A stretch of DNA of 64,000 nt from assembly GCA_964016885.1 (NCBI GenBank), contig OZ024740.1, positions 332,878,001-332,942,000 of the forward strand, in the 5' to 3' direction. Positions 63,001-64,000 of this stretch are shown piece after piece. The stretch is from Eledone cirrhosa (Eukaryota). Each line of letters begins with the position of its first letter. The first letter of the stretch is position 1. The notes beneath the pieces are model-generated. The model made no database searches. It was not told the origin of the DNA and was given only the letters and a program-made list of their open reading frames with translations. The translations under genes were made by a program, and so were the position numbers.

Positions 63001-64000
63001 TTGTACTCCAAGACTAGGGAAAAGTGTATATGTTCGCTTCCTTGATATGTGGAACGTTTGTGCCATTTTTGTTCTATGATAAAATATAGATTCCTCCGTC
63101 TATAAAATATAGCCAAATCTATATTATGGAATGCGTTTGATGTTTCTATTGAGGGCAGTGTATGCAGGCACAATAAAAATGTATGTAAATATAAACTATA
63201 TAAATACAAATATTTAATCTAAATCTATTTAAATTAGCAGACTTCGTAATATCTATTGACATTTCCGAATTATAATATTCTTATAATTTTGATTCCATAA
63301 ATAAACTCGAAACCTCACAAAATTGGTACAAATACTTATGTTGACATTGTAGTTTGATATATCGCCCTTGAAGAACGAAAGCGATGTTAGCTTGGTGTAT
63401 GAATTCGAATTCAGAATGTAACGACTAGTATATTACAAACGTTTTGACGGAACCATCATTCTACTTTATTATAGTTGAAAATTAAATCTAGTGTAAACAA
63501 TTTATGGTCTCTGTCGTTCTTGTCGTTCTTCAGGTACATCATATGTTATAGAGCAGCTGCTACCCTCAGATAATTTATAAACCACTTACGAAATTTCTAG
63601 GCAAGAAAAGGAGTACTCTTTGTAAGCTATGTACTATTTTACTACCCAAGTGTAGCGCTGTTAAATGCGTTCCTACATTTACCACATTACTATTTTATAA
63701 TCCTCAATAAACCCAACTTTATTACCAAAACTACTGCCCTTACAATAATGTTCAACACACATCGTTTCAATAGTTATATGAACGACTACAGTTCAAACGA
63801 TATACTGTAGGTTGAGCTTTTCTAATATTTTTATAACTATAATAATGGAAGAACCGTGTATAAAATAGGAAATTCATTAAATTATACATTAACCTTCTTC
63901 TTTTCTTTTTCGCCGGAAACTTTCATAATCTTTGCTGATCCACATATGTCTAATTTTCAAAATTAAAAAAGATAAACGAAATGAAAAAAACAACAATTAT

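Overview
AT-rich eukaryotic (animal) intergenic or intronic DNA made almost entirely of microsatellites ((TA)n, (CA)n, (ATGT)n, (TAA)n) and transposon remains. The repeat style suggests a mollusc or cephalopod (octopus-like), but that is inference. I found no supportable host gene. Recognisable coding remnants are a Tx1/L1-type LINE, at least five Penelope-like elements (PLEs: RT and/or C-terminal GIY-YIG), a Helitron, RTE, CRE-like and R4/Dong LINE pieces, Gypsy pieces and eight copies of one tRNA-type SINE. The main signal is RNA-level. By hand-folding I found about 20 type I hammerhead ribozyme (HHR) motifs (complete, variant or half) in 8-9 unrelated repeat families. Some sit in PLE pseudo-LTRs. 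Others sit in ORF-less tandem or inverted repeats of about 475-590 bp embedded in (TA)n, which look like retrozymes (non-autonomous PLE-type elements). Several families carry fixed non-canonical cores (U3-A8 swap, U4A, U10.1-U11.1), and many 5' truncation or inversion junctions fall inside the ribozyme. A degenerate HDV-like ribozyme candidate lies at the 5' end of an RTE-derived element. All folds were done by eye, cleavage activity is untested, and coordinates may be off by a few bases.
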